This document shows positions 1 through 8,361 of a stretch of 64,000 nt of DNA, in pieces; position 1 is the first letter of the stretch, and every line of letters starts with the position of its first letter. Location of the stretch: the NCBI GenBank assembly GCA_903925275.1, contig CAIYES010000317.1:89-64088 (forward strand). Reading direction: 5' to 3'. The notes beneath the pieces were generated by a model that saw only the letters and a program-made list of their open reading frames with translations, was not told the origin of the DNA and searched no databases. Both the position numbers and the translations under genes were made by a program. This stretch comes from an uncultured Bacteroidales bacterium. Its GTDB lineage: Bacteria > Bacteroidota > Bacteroidia > Bacteroidales > FEN-979.

Positions 1-280
1 TTTTTCCCGGAAGGATCGGCTCCTGAGGCCAGGAGGGAACAGTGCAACCACATGATGATTGCGGTCTGGACAAAATCAGAGGCTCTTTTCCTGTATTGGT
101 GAATCTGAAGTTGCAGGTGCCATTTGCTCCCTGAACAATTGTTCCATAATCATGAACAGTTTTTTCAAAGGATATTTCAGGAGCATTGCTATTGACAGGT
201 TTAGGCTGAGCAGCATCCTGGGCTTTTACTAAAAAAGCAGTGAAAATCAACAAAACAAATGAAAAAACAAACTTTTTCAT
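1..280 (-). CDS. DUF1573-like secreted protein, N-terminal part (gene continues past the window start)
   Basis: Not in the ORF track because it is truncated. My translation of the minus strand from the ATG at 280..278 gives MKKFVFSFVLLIFTAFLVKAQ (signal peptide), then ...ISFEKTVHDYGTIVQGANGTCNFRFTNTGKEPLILSRPQSSCGCTVPSWPQEPILPGK. The HDxG...F.F.N.G..PL......SCGCT.P.W pattern is what I associate with DUF1573. Confidence 0.7.
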   Translation of the reverse strand, partial: MKKFVFSFVLLIFTAFLVKAQDAAQPKPVNSNAPEISFEKTVHDYGTIVQGANGTCNFRFTNTGKEPLILSRPQSSCGCTVPSWPQEPILPGK

Positions 281-407
281 ATTTACTTAATTATTTAGGT
301 TAGGATTAGATTTGAAATTTGTACAAAATTATAAAAATATTGCTGAAACGGGCAGAAATTCAATTTATTTAACAACCGGTGCGCAAAGATTGATCTGAAT
401 TCTGTTT

Positions 408-415
408 TAATTTTG
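408..415 (+). promoter_or_regulatory. candidate Bacteroidota -7 box (TAATTTTG)
   Basis: Matches TAnnTTTG, 13 nt upstream of the ATG at 429. No clear TTTG -33 partner was seen. Confidence 0.25.
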
Positions 416-428
416 TAGTTTTACCGCC

Positions 429-944
429 ATGCAACAGAATGTGATGATTGCTTCGTTAAGGCTGCCTCTTTTTTTTATTATCATTGGCATGTGTTGCGCT
501 TCCTGTGCAAAACAGATATCGCAACACAATACAAGTGCTGCCGTACCTGGCCCCCGTTGCATTGTGTATAAAACGAAGGCAGATTACGCACAATTGGTAC
601 CGGTTATGCTGTCTGCTGATAAATCGATGGTTGTTTCCTACCCGGATGTCAAAGATATCTATCATAATGGTCAACTTGCATATCCGACGCAGCTCTCCGA
701 TGGTTATCTGCTCGACAACCGGGGCATTGGAACTGACGTTGCATTCCTGAAAATTACCTATGAAGAATACAGCAGGCTGACTGTCACACCTCACCCGGGA
801 GAGCTGTTGGAGATGATCCTGGATAAGGACCCTTTAACTGCGATGTATGATTGTGGAAGCCGCAGCCAATATCAGGATCCGGTAGCTGTGATGTTGCTGC
901 TGATCCGGTCGGGAGAACTGATTCATCAGAAACGATTGAAATAA
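429..944 (+). CDS. hypothetical lipoprotein/secreted protein
   Basis: 171-aa ORF with an N-terminal hydrophobic leader LPLFFIIIGMCCASC (lipobox-like Cys). No family recognised. Confidence 0.5.
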   Translation: MQQNVMIASLRLPLFFIIIGMCCASCAKQISQHNTSAAVPGPRCIVYKTKADYAQLVPVMLSADKSMVVSYPDVKDIYHNGQLAYPTQLSDGYLLDNRGIGTDVAFLKITYEEYSRLTVTPHPGELLEMILDKDPLTAMYDCGSRSQYQDPVAVMLLLIRSGELIHQKRLK

Positions 945-987
945 TCTAAAATAATTGTAACTTTGCACGTTTTTAAAACCTTACTTC

Positions 988-2790
988 TTGACTGAAAATG
1001 TTCACAAGATAAAGGAGCTTGACGGAAAACAACTTTATTACTCGTTTCTTGCCGGCGCTCAACGAATTTTCGAACAACAAAAACTACTCAATAAAATAAA
1101 TGTTTTTCCGGTTGCCGACGCCGATACCGGAACAAATCTTGCCTCCACCATGCGTTCCATCATGGACGCCATCATTCCTACAGATAACCTGAAGCAAACG
1201 GCGGTCGCCCTTGCCGATGCAGCACTGATCGGTGCCCGGGGCAATTCCGGGATTATCTTTGCCCAGTTTCTTTATGGTTTCAGCAATGAAATCAAATCGG
1301 ATGTGACAATTGATATACAATCGTTTGCCGAAAGTGTGAAAAAAGCGGTGGCTTATGCATATGATGCCATTGCAAACCCTGTGGAAGGTACGATTCTGAC
1401 GGTGATCAAGGATTGGGCCGACTATATTTACCTGTTAAAAGACAGTTTTGACGATTTCATCAAGTTGCTTGTTGAGGCCTACAAAAGGGCGCTTGAATCA
1501 CTGGCTGCCACCACCGGTAAACTTGAAGTGCTGGCCCGTGCACATGTCGTGGATGCCGGTGCAAAAGGTTTTGTATTCTGGCTTGAAGGCTTTATGGATT
1601 TCTTTACCATGGGCGCTGATAAAGCGCTTAATCGGGTGGAACAAACCGCCACCACGGTTGATGAACTTGTTGAGATGCCCCATGATAAAATCACCTTCAG
1701 GTTTTGTACCGAAGCATTGATTGGCGGAAAACAACTTGATAAGCATAAAATACGGAATTATATTCAGCATTGCGGCGATTCGCTGGTGGTAGCCGGATCA
1801 CCTCAGAAAATCAGGGTACATATTCATACCGATTTCCCGGCCGAGGTGTTTTCTCAGCTTCAGCAGTTTGGAAACATCACCTATCAGAAGGTTGACGACA
1901 TGGTGATGCAGAACGAAATCCAGTTCAACCGGAAATCGGATATCGCCATTGTTACCGATTCTTCCTGCGATTTGCCCAAAGAACTCCTTGATAAACATCA
2001 AATTCATGTTGTACCGCTTAGTGTTCATTTTGGCGAGACCTATTTTCTTGACCGTCTTACCATAAATCCACCCCAGTTTTATGCCATGCTTGAGAAATCG
2101 GAACAGCCTGCATCTTCCGCCCAGCCTGCCTCGAAGGAGTTCCAGAACAAGTTTGAATATCTTGCTACGCATTACAAATCTATCATCGGCATTCATCTCA
2201 GTCAGGCATTGAGCGGAACCTTTTCAAGCAGTGATAAGGGATCGAAAGATATCATCACCAGGACCGGTAAAAAGATCGATGTGGTGAATTCCAATTCCAT
2301 TACAGGGGGCCTGGGATTAATTGTGCTGCGTACAGCCCGTGCAATTGAGGCGGGAGCTTCGCATGAAGAGGTAATGGCAAAAATGGCAGAATGGAAAGTA
2401 AAATCCATGATTCATGTCAGTGTAACCACACTCAAATATATTGTTCGCAGCGGAAGGGTCAGCCCGTTTAAAAGTTTTGTTGCTAAATTGCTTGATCTTA
2501 AACCGATCATTTTGATCGACCGCGAAGGCAAAGCATCGCTGTTCTCAAAGTCGTTTTCTGAAAAAAGCAGCATGAAAAAGGTTATGCGCAATATTGTAAA
2601 GATCACTGCTGACCAAAAGGTGTGGGAATATACAATTACCCATGCCAACAATCCTTCTACAGCGCAATGGTACGCGGAGGAGATGGAAAAATTGACCGGA
2701 AAAAAACCACTCTTCATTGATCATGCTTCCCCCGCACTTGTGGCCAATGTCGGTCCGGGAATAGCATGTGTTTCGCTGATGCTTGAATAG
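988..2790 (+). CDS. fusion protein: FakA/YloV-like DAK2 (DhaL-type) kinase module + DegV (FakB-like) fatty-acid-binding module
   Basis: TTG start with no in-frame ATG nearby. The N-terminal part has FPVADADTGTNL and GARGNSG (Dak2/DhaL). The middle has FRFCTEALI...GDSLVVAGSPQKIRVHIHTDFP (FakA middle region). From about aa 318 it reads IAIVTDSSCDLP...SSAQPAS...HLSQALSGTF...LKYIVRSGRV (DegV). Confidence 0.85.
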   Translation: MTENVHKIKELDGKQLYYSFLAGAQRIFEQQKLLNKINVFPVADADTGTNLASTMRSIMDAIIPTDNLKQTAVALADAALIGARGNSGIIFAQFLYGFSNEIKSDVTIDIQSFAESVKKAVAYAYDAIANPVEGTILTVIKDWADYIYLLKDSFDDFIKLLVEAYKRALESLAATTGKLEVLARAHVVDAGAKGFVFWLEGFMDFFTMGADKALNRVEQTATTVDELVEMPHDKITFRFCTEALIGGKQLDKHKIRNYIQHCGDSLVVAGSPQKIRVHIHTDFPAEVFSQLQQFGNITYQKVDDMVMQNEIQFNRKSDIAIVTDSSCDLPKELLDKHQIHVVPLSVHFGETYFLDRLTINPPQFYAMLEKSEQPASSAQPASKEFQNKFEYLATHYKSIIGIHLSQALSGTFSSSDKGSKDIITRTGKKIDVVNSNSITGGLGLIVLRTARAIEAGASHEEVMAKMAEWKVKSMIHVSVTTLKYIVRSGRVSPFKSFVAKLLDLKPIILIDREGKASLFSKSFSEKSSMKKVMRNIVKITADQKVWEYTITHANNPSTAQWYAEEMEKLTGKKPLFIDHASPALVANVGPGIACVSLMLE

Positions 2791-2796
2791 AAGCTG

Positions 2797-3573
2797 ATGA
2801 TATATTTCCAACGCATTATTCCTGAAGTCGGGCTGGTCATTTTGCTTTATATGACCATTATTTTTATTCTTGCACTGATCAGGAAGGATAATTCCATCGT
2901 CGATGGTTTTTGGGCGATAGGGTTTATCTTTGTAGCCTTCTATTCTTTAATCCAATCGGGAGAGGTTGATCTTCGTAAGATGATCGTCACCACGCTGGTA
3001 CTGATGTGGGGTATGCGTTTGTCGTTCCACATCATGGTGCGGAACAGTGGAAAGGCGGAGGACTTCCGTTACAAGGCATGGCGGGATTCCTGGAGATTTT
3101 TTGTGCTTCGCAGTTTCTTTCAGATATTTATGTTGCAAGGGTTGTTTATGCTAATCATTTCAGCGCCTGTATGGTTTATCAATTTCAGCAAAGGCGGATC
3201 GCTCGGATTATGGGATTCATTAGGCCTGCTGATTTTCGGCACCGGCTTCCTGATTGAAACCATCGGGGATTATCAGTTGGCTGAATTTAAAAAGGACCCT
3301 GCAAACAAAGGAAAAATCATAACCACCGGGTTGTGGTCGGTTACCCGTCACCCCAATTATTTCGGAGAAGTGCTGGTCTGGTGGGGGATAAGCTGTTATT
3401 CTTTAAGTTTTCAATACGGATGGTGTACCCTGATAAGCCCGGTTGTGATCACACTTTTACTGCGCTTTGTTTCAGGCGTTCCCATGCTGGAGAAGAAATA
3501 TGAAGGCCGCCCGGATTGGGAAAAATACAAAGCTGAAACCGCTGCTTTTTTTCCGTTTGCGAAGTTTCTCTGA
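2797..3573 (+). CDS. DUF1295 family membrane protein (steroid 5-alpha-reductase/ICMT-like fold)
   Basis: Multi-pass hydrophobic 258-aa ORF with the C-terminal motif TTGLWSVTRHPNYFGEVLVWWG typical of DUF1295. Confidence 0.75.
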   Translation: MIYFQRIIPEVGLVILLYMTIIFILALIRKDNSIVDGFWAIGFIFVAFYSLIQSGEVDLRKMIVTTLVLMWGMRLSFHIMVRNSGKAEDFRYKAWRDSWRFFVLRSFFQIFMLQGLFMLIISAPVWFINFSKGGSLGLWDSLGLLIFGTGFLIETIGDYQLAEFKKDPANKGKIITTGLWSVTRHPNYFGEVLVWWGISCYSLSFQYGWCTLISPVVITLLLRFVSGVPMLEKKYEGRPDWEKYKAETAAFFPFAKFL

Positions 3574-3623
3574 TACTAAGTTTTCCTGAACAATTTTTTT
3601 GCCACGGCAAATACCCTGCCGGT

Positions 3624-5423
3624 TCAATCATCCGAAAATTTCCGGAGTAACTTTCTGTATTGCGAAAACACATTGGCACGGGAGATGAAACCAAGGTATT
3701 TCCCATCCTGCAACACGGGCAAATTATAACGGTCACTCTGCTGGAAAAATTGGATCACCGATTCCATCGAATCATCGGGATTGATAGAATAGTTTGGCAT
3801 AATCAGAAGATCCTTTACAAAAGTCACATCATATATCGAATGATCGAACATAATCTGTCGGATATTGTCGAGCATCACAACTCCATAAAATGTTCCATCT
3901 TGACCCACCACAGGGAAAATATTACGTGATGCAGTGGCTACCACCTTGACAAGCTGACCCAGGGTCGCCTCAGGGTCGATGCGGGCAAAATTGGTTTCAA
4001 TAAGCTGCCTTGGCGACATAAAAGATAGTACTGCTTTGTCTTTATCGTGTGTGATCAGCTCTTTACGGGCAGCAAGCTGGCGAGTATAAATTGAATGGCT
4101 TTCGAAAATGTGGGATGTAAGGTAGCCGATTGCAGCAACCATAATCAGGGGGGTGAGCAACTGGTAGCCCCCTGTTATTTCTGCAATCAGAAAAATAGCC
4201 GTAAGCGGGGCGTGCATTACGCCAGCCATCACACCGGCCATTCCGACCAGCGCAAAGTTGCTCTGTGAAATGTTGAATCCGAAGATGGTATTCAACAGGT
4301 TTGCAAAAAAATACCCGCAAATGGCTCCTACAAAAATAGAAGGTGCGAAGGTACCTCCAATGCCACCGCTGCCTTGGGTCATCGCCATGGCTATCACCTT
4401 CATGATGATCAATCCAAAGATGATGACCAGGAACGACCAGTGGTTCTGTTTCAGTAAACCGAAAAAAGTTGAATTTCCAATGATCTCCCCATGTCCGGTG
4501 ATAACTTCCTTTAAAACCGTATATCCTTCACCAAACAGCGATGGATAAATAAAAATCAGAATTGCAAGGGTGACACCGGCGATGCCTACCCTTAAGGCCG
4601 GTGATACTTTTTTGAGCAATGATTCAATGCCAATGCTTCCGCGGATAAAAAAAACAGAGACCAGCCCTGTAAAAATACCCAGCATGATGTAGAATGGGAT
4701 ATGGCGAAGTATGAAAGGGCTGGTAAGCGTGAAAGTAAATAAAACCGCATTTCCCATGAGGAGGTAAGAAATAAGAGAGGCCGTGACAGTTGCGATCAGC
4801 AAAGGAATCAGCGTGGTCATGGTCAGGTCGAGCATCAGTATCTCCAGGACGAAAATAGCCCCGGCAATCGGCGCTTCAAAAATACCTGCAATGGCACCGG
4901 CACAACCACAGCCAATCAGGAGTGTGGTTGTTCGGTAATCGAGCCTGAATAACCGGGCGAGGTTTGACCCGATGGCGGAGCCTGTAAGTACAATTGGAGC
5001 TTCAGGCCCGACAGAACCGCCAAATCCAAGGGTCAGAGTGCAGGCAATCAGCGAAGAAAAGGTGTTGTGCGCCCTGATGTTGCTGTTGTTCTTTGAAATG
5101 GCATACAGAACCTTGCTGACTCCATGACTGATGTTATCTTTGACAACATACCTGATAAACCGTAAAGTGAGCGTAATTCCGATGACCGGAAAGGCGAGAA
5201 AAAGATAATAAATGCCATGATAGCTGAACCCGTTGGTAAGAAAATAGTTGGTGTAGTACAGTGTGTTTTTTAGTATCACTGCAGCAAGTCCGCTGCCGGT
5301 ACCGATCAAAATGCTGAGAATCAGAACAAATGGTCGTTGTTTAATATGGCGCAACCGCCATACTAAAAGTTTTCCGGTGATTGATTTTGGTTTCAAAGCT
5401 GCTGCAAATGTAGTCTTTTTCAA
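3624..5423 (-). CDS. ClC-family voltage-gated chloride channel with C-terminal CBS pair
   Basis: 599 aa and about 10 or more TM segments. ClC selectivity-type motifs GFGGSVGPEAP and GSGGIGGTFAPS are present. The C-terminal 150 aa has two CBS-like repeats (...NIFPVVGQDGTFYGVV..., ...RYNLPVLQDGKYLGFIS...). Confidence 0.9.
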   Translation of the reverse strand: MKKTTFAAALKPKSITGKLLVWRLRHIKQRPFVLILSILIGTGSGLAAVILKNTLYYTNYFLTNGFSYHGIYYLFLAFPVIGITLTLRFIRYVVKDNISHGVSKVLYAISKNNSNIRAHNTFSSLIACTLTLGFGGSVGPEAPIVLTGSAIGSNLARLFRLDYRTTTLLIGCGCAGAIAGIFEAPIAGAIFVLEILMLDLTMTTLIPLLIATVTASLISYLLMGNAVLFTFTLTSPFILRHIPFYIMLGIFTGLVSVFFIRGSIGIESLLKKVSPALRVGIAGVTLAILIFIYPSLFGEGYTVLKEVITGHGEIIGNSTFFGLLKQNHWSFLVIIFGLIIMKVIAMAMTQGSGGIGGTFAPSIFVGAICGYFFANLLNTIFGFNISQSNFALVGMAGVMAGVMHAPLTAIFLIAEITGGYQLLTPLIMVAAIGYLTSHIFESHSIYTRQLAARKELITHDKDKAVLSFMSPRQLIETNFARIDPEATLGQLVKVVATASRNIFPVVGQDGTFYGVVMLDNIRQIMFDHSIYDVTFVKDLLIMPNYSINPDDSMESVIQFFQQSDRYNLPVLQDGKYLGFISRANVFSQYRKLLRKFSDD

Positions 5424-5430
5424 ATACCCC

Positions 5431-5463
5431 GACCCCGTCAGGGTCTGTCACCCTGTCAGGGTA
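5431..5463. repeat. two tandem 18-nt units, each carrying the palindrome ACCC(C/T)GTCAGGGT
   Basis: accccgtcagggt at 5432..5444 (one mismatch) and accctgtcagggt at 5450..5462 (perfect). They fill the 40-nt gap between the stop of the upstream gene (5464) and the ClC start (5423). The same palindrome with the same 18-nt period recurs at 51756..51786. Confidence 0.85.
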
Positions 5464-8361
5464 TCAATAGGAGATGGAATAAAGAAATTCAAATCCGTAG
5501 CCACCGGTTGAGGGATAGTAAATGCTCCGCACACCCATTTCGATGGGCATTACAAACCGCAGGAGATGGAAATCCATGGTGAGCTCACAGCCTGTTGACT
5601 GATATTCATTGATGTACCCCTGATTTTTGCCATTGGCCCAGTCATAGAAGAGATTCAACTTAACCCGCTTCAGGTAAATGACTGATCCAAGGCTGAGGTC
5701 AGGGTAAATAACCGGAAATTTGTAGTTGAGCTGCAGACTGAACAATTCCTGATCATCGGCACCAGTGTATCCCCGCGGATAATTGATGATACCAGCATAT
5801 GAATAAGCCGGAATGTATTTTTCCTGAGGATGCTGATATCCTGCATATAACCAGATTCCCTGATGCCGGATGATTCCGGGGAAAAAAAGGTTGGCTGAAG
5901 CACTGAAGATCGACCCCATGTCGCTGCCTCCAAAAGGAGTGTGCCGATAGGTTACATCGATGGACTGTCCCATCCGCGGATATACATCTTTTTGATTTGA
6001 ATGAAGATATTGCGAAGCGGTGATGCGGTAATCCATCGACGCGATCATTCCATTGGTAAAATTTTCAGGGGTGGATGAATTATGCTGAATGCCAATCATG
6101 GTGACACCGATTGCCGGTTGAAGGAAGCGGGAAAATCTTCCGTGGGAGAGATTAAAAGGAATGCTGATAATGGCCTTGAGATTCGTTTCCTGCCACGTAA
6201 ACCGGAATGTTTCACTGCTTCCCTGGTTTCTTGCGTAAGCAGCACGGTTTCCGATATCGAACCGGATGGTGAATTCGGGGAACAAACCCTGATAAGCAAG
6301 ACTGGTATAAAACTTCCCGGTTTGCTGATTGAGGTCGTATTCCCATCCTGCTCCGGCAAACATCGTGTTGAGGAGATTCTGGGAGAGTAGCATCACCCCT
6401 GGCATAACGGTAAGGTTGTTGATACTGAACGATGCCGGCGCCCAACTGTGTGGGTTAAACAGGTTCATGACCTTTGAATATTTCCTGGTCGGATAGATTT
6501 TTCCGTTGATTGAATCCTTGTCCATGTTGTAATTATCGGAAGAATTCATTTTAAAGATATTCCGTTGAAGCACACTGTCCTGTATGTTGGCGGTTTCCTG
6601 CAATGCCAGCGCATCAGCTAATCTGATAGATTGATCGTTAACATTGGGGAGCGGAACCCATTGTGAGGAATCAATTTTCATTTCAGCGACCATCAACCCA
6701 TCCGATGTGTAATCGGAGAAGATCATCTGTTTTTGATCCGGTGTAAAATCGGGATCATAAGCTGCAAACCGGGCGGAGGTGATTTTAAATGCCGCGTTTG
6801 TCAGGGTATCCATTGCATAAATATTTTCAACCCCCGAAACATCAACACTGTAAACGATGTAATTCCTGTAAAAAAAGGTAGTACCGCTGTATTCATTATA
6901 GGATGACGGCATAAAGTTGTGAATCCGGCTGTTTGCCAAATCAAGTGAAGCAATGGTTTCTCCTTGTTCAGTGAGCAAGGTGAAAATAATCATTTTAGCA
7001 TCCGGCGACCAGTTGGGGGTAATCGCCTGGCCATAACCGGGGATAGGATACCGTTTGATTAAGCGTCCCGACGGCACTTCGAGAATGTCGATGGAGCATT
7101 GATTTTCATAGGACATATACACGGCGGCAACCCTGGAACCATCGGGCGAAATGATGGGTGCAAAATACCGGGTTTCATCCGTCAACTCCCGGATCTTCCC
7201 TGTTTTGAAATTATACATTCTGATCTCTGCATAATCGCGGTTGCTCCATCGCAGATCCGCCTCAGATTCTGACCAAACAAGGTAATCACCGCCAATGGAG
7301 GTCGTTCCGCTGATGTGGTAACCAGGTGTTAACAACTTTCGTTCTTTGCCGGTTTTCCGATCAATCAGTACAAACCGGTCGATGTCGTCCATGCTTGATT
7401 TATCGGCGAGAATAGTGGAATCGTTCAGTATCAGCGGATGATTGTAGTTTACGAAGTTCTTCAGATTTCTTTTGGTGATGGTATGTATGAAGGTTGGAGT
7501 GGTTTCCCGGAGTTGTTTCTGCCAGGCGCTGTCGAGTCCGGTGAGTGATTGTTTGTAGAGACTGGTTTTCCACATCCCGGTTACATGGTGAATGCCGCTG
7601 TTAAACGGAACCACCAAAAATGGATATTTTGCCACCCGATCCAATGCGGTATTCCACAAATCAACGCCATGTTTTTTTCGTGCCTGCCCCACTAAATAAT
7701 AACCCAGCGAATATGCATCGGGGGTAAAGGTTTTATAAGATCCCATGGAGGCCTTGTCATACGAATAGATGCCCTTTTCGACAAGCTGGGCCCTGAGCGT
7801 GCTTTCGAACAAGGCAGATCTTCCTCGTCCTGTTTTGCTCATGGCGGTTTCTGTAACCGTTGCATCACCTTCTAAAAACCAGGATGGAACATACAATCCG
7901 AGGATTCCGCCTGTGACCTGTTCCCCGAAAATATAATACAATACTTTCGAAAAGCCCTGGTTGATTTTGCTTATCTGCACGGCATGTCTGTACTCGTGGA
8001 TGGCAAGTTGTTCGAGCCACTCCTCCGAATAGGTTTGTTGCGGTGCACAAGGGTAAAGCTCGATGCGTTTTGGCGCCCATGCTGTAAGTCCGTTTGAAAT
8101 AACTGATTGAGTATGCAGGATGACCGGGATACGGGGAACCTTCGCCGACAATGTCTTGGTCTCATTCCGGCAAATGATGTCAAGGACATTAGCAAGGTAT
8201 TGCGCTTTTTTTTCAAACGGTGCCGGGAAAACCAATTTGTAACGGTCTGTTTTGATTTGCCGCCAACTTACTGAGGAAGGATCCTGTCCTGTGCTGTAAT
8301 ATTGGGAATACCCTGGTGAAATCAGCAGGAAAACCAGGAAAAAACAACATAAAAACTTCAT
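5464..8361 (-). CDS. outer-membrane protein: HExxH (peptidase MA-like) region + PD40/TolB-type beta-propeller repeats + Omp85-like C-terminal beta-barrel
   Basis: Has a signal peptide. LAIHEYRHAVQ lies at aa 119-129 (His122 codon 7996..7998), with WFLEGDA about 40 aa downstream (gluzincin-like). PD40-type repeats are present (SPDGSRVAAVY, WSPDAKMIIF, FTPDQKQMIF). The C-terminal ~320 aa has alternating beta-strand patterning with INYPRGYTG...LNYKFPV...LNLFYDWANG and ends ...GFEFLYSISY. This resembles the EYRFPL...FFDAGN...GIGYPF tail of the BamA/TamA-family gene at 53497..55842. The start overlaps the stop of the upstream gene (ATGA at 8361..8358). Confidence 0.6.
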   Translation of the reverse strand: MKFLCCFFLVFLLISPGYSQYYSTGQDPSSVSWRQIKTDRYKLVFPAPFEKKAQYLANVLDIICRNETKTLSAKVPRIPVILHTQSVISNGLTAWAPKRIELYPCAPQQTYSEEWLEQLAIHEYRHAVQISKINQGFSKVLYYIFGEQVTGGILGLYVPSWFLEGDATVTETAMSKTGRGRSALFESTLRAQLVEKGIYSYDKASMGSYKTFTPDAYSLGYYLVGQARKKHGVDLWNTALDRVAKYPFLVVPFNSGIHHVTGMWKTSLYKQSLTGLDSAWQKQLRETTPTFIHTITKRNLKNFVNYNHPLILNDSTILADKSSMDDIDRFVLIDRKTGKERKLLTPGYHISGTTSIGGDYLVWSESEADLRWSNRDYAEIRMYNFKTGKIRELTDETRYFAPIISPDGSRVAAVYMSYENQCSIDILEVPSGRLIKRYPIPGYGQAITPNWSPDAKMIIFTLLTEQGETIASLDLANSRIHNFMPSSYNEYSGTTFFYRNYIVYSVDVSGVENIYAMDTLTNAAFKITSARFAAYDPDFTPDQKQMIFSDYTSDGLMVAEMKIDSSQWVPLPNVNDQSIRLADALALQETANIQDSVLQRNIFKMNSSDNYNMDKDSINGKIYPTRKYSKVMNLFNPHSWAPASFSINNLTVMPGVMLLSQNLLNTMFAGAGWEYDLNQQTGKFYTSLAYQGLFPEFTIRFDIGNRAAYARNQGSSETFRFTWQETNLKAIISIPFNLSHGRFSRFLQPAIGVTMIGIQHNSSTPENFTNGMIASMDYRITASQYLHSNQKDVYPRMGQSIDVTYRHTPFGGSDMGSIFSASANLFFPGIIRHQGIWLYAGYQHPQEKYIPAYSYAGIINYPRGYTGADDQELFSLQLNYKFPVIYPDLSLGSVIYLKRVKLNLFYDWANGKNQGYINEYQSTGCELTMDFHLLRFVMPIEMGVRSIYYPSTGGYGFEFLYSISY

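Noticed and set aside
3574-3623. Terminator hairpin between the convergent DUF1295 and ClC genes (ttgccacggcaa).
   Set aside because: The stem is only 5 bp with a 2-nt loop, which is not physically convincing, and there is no adjacent U-run in the right orientation.
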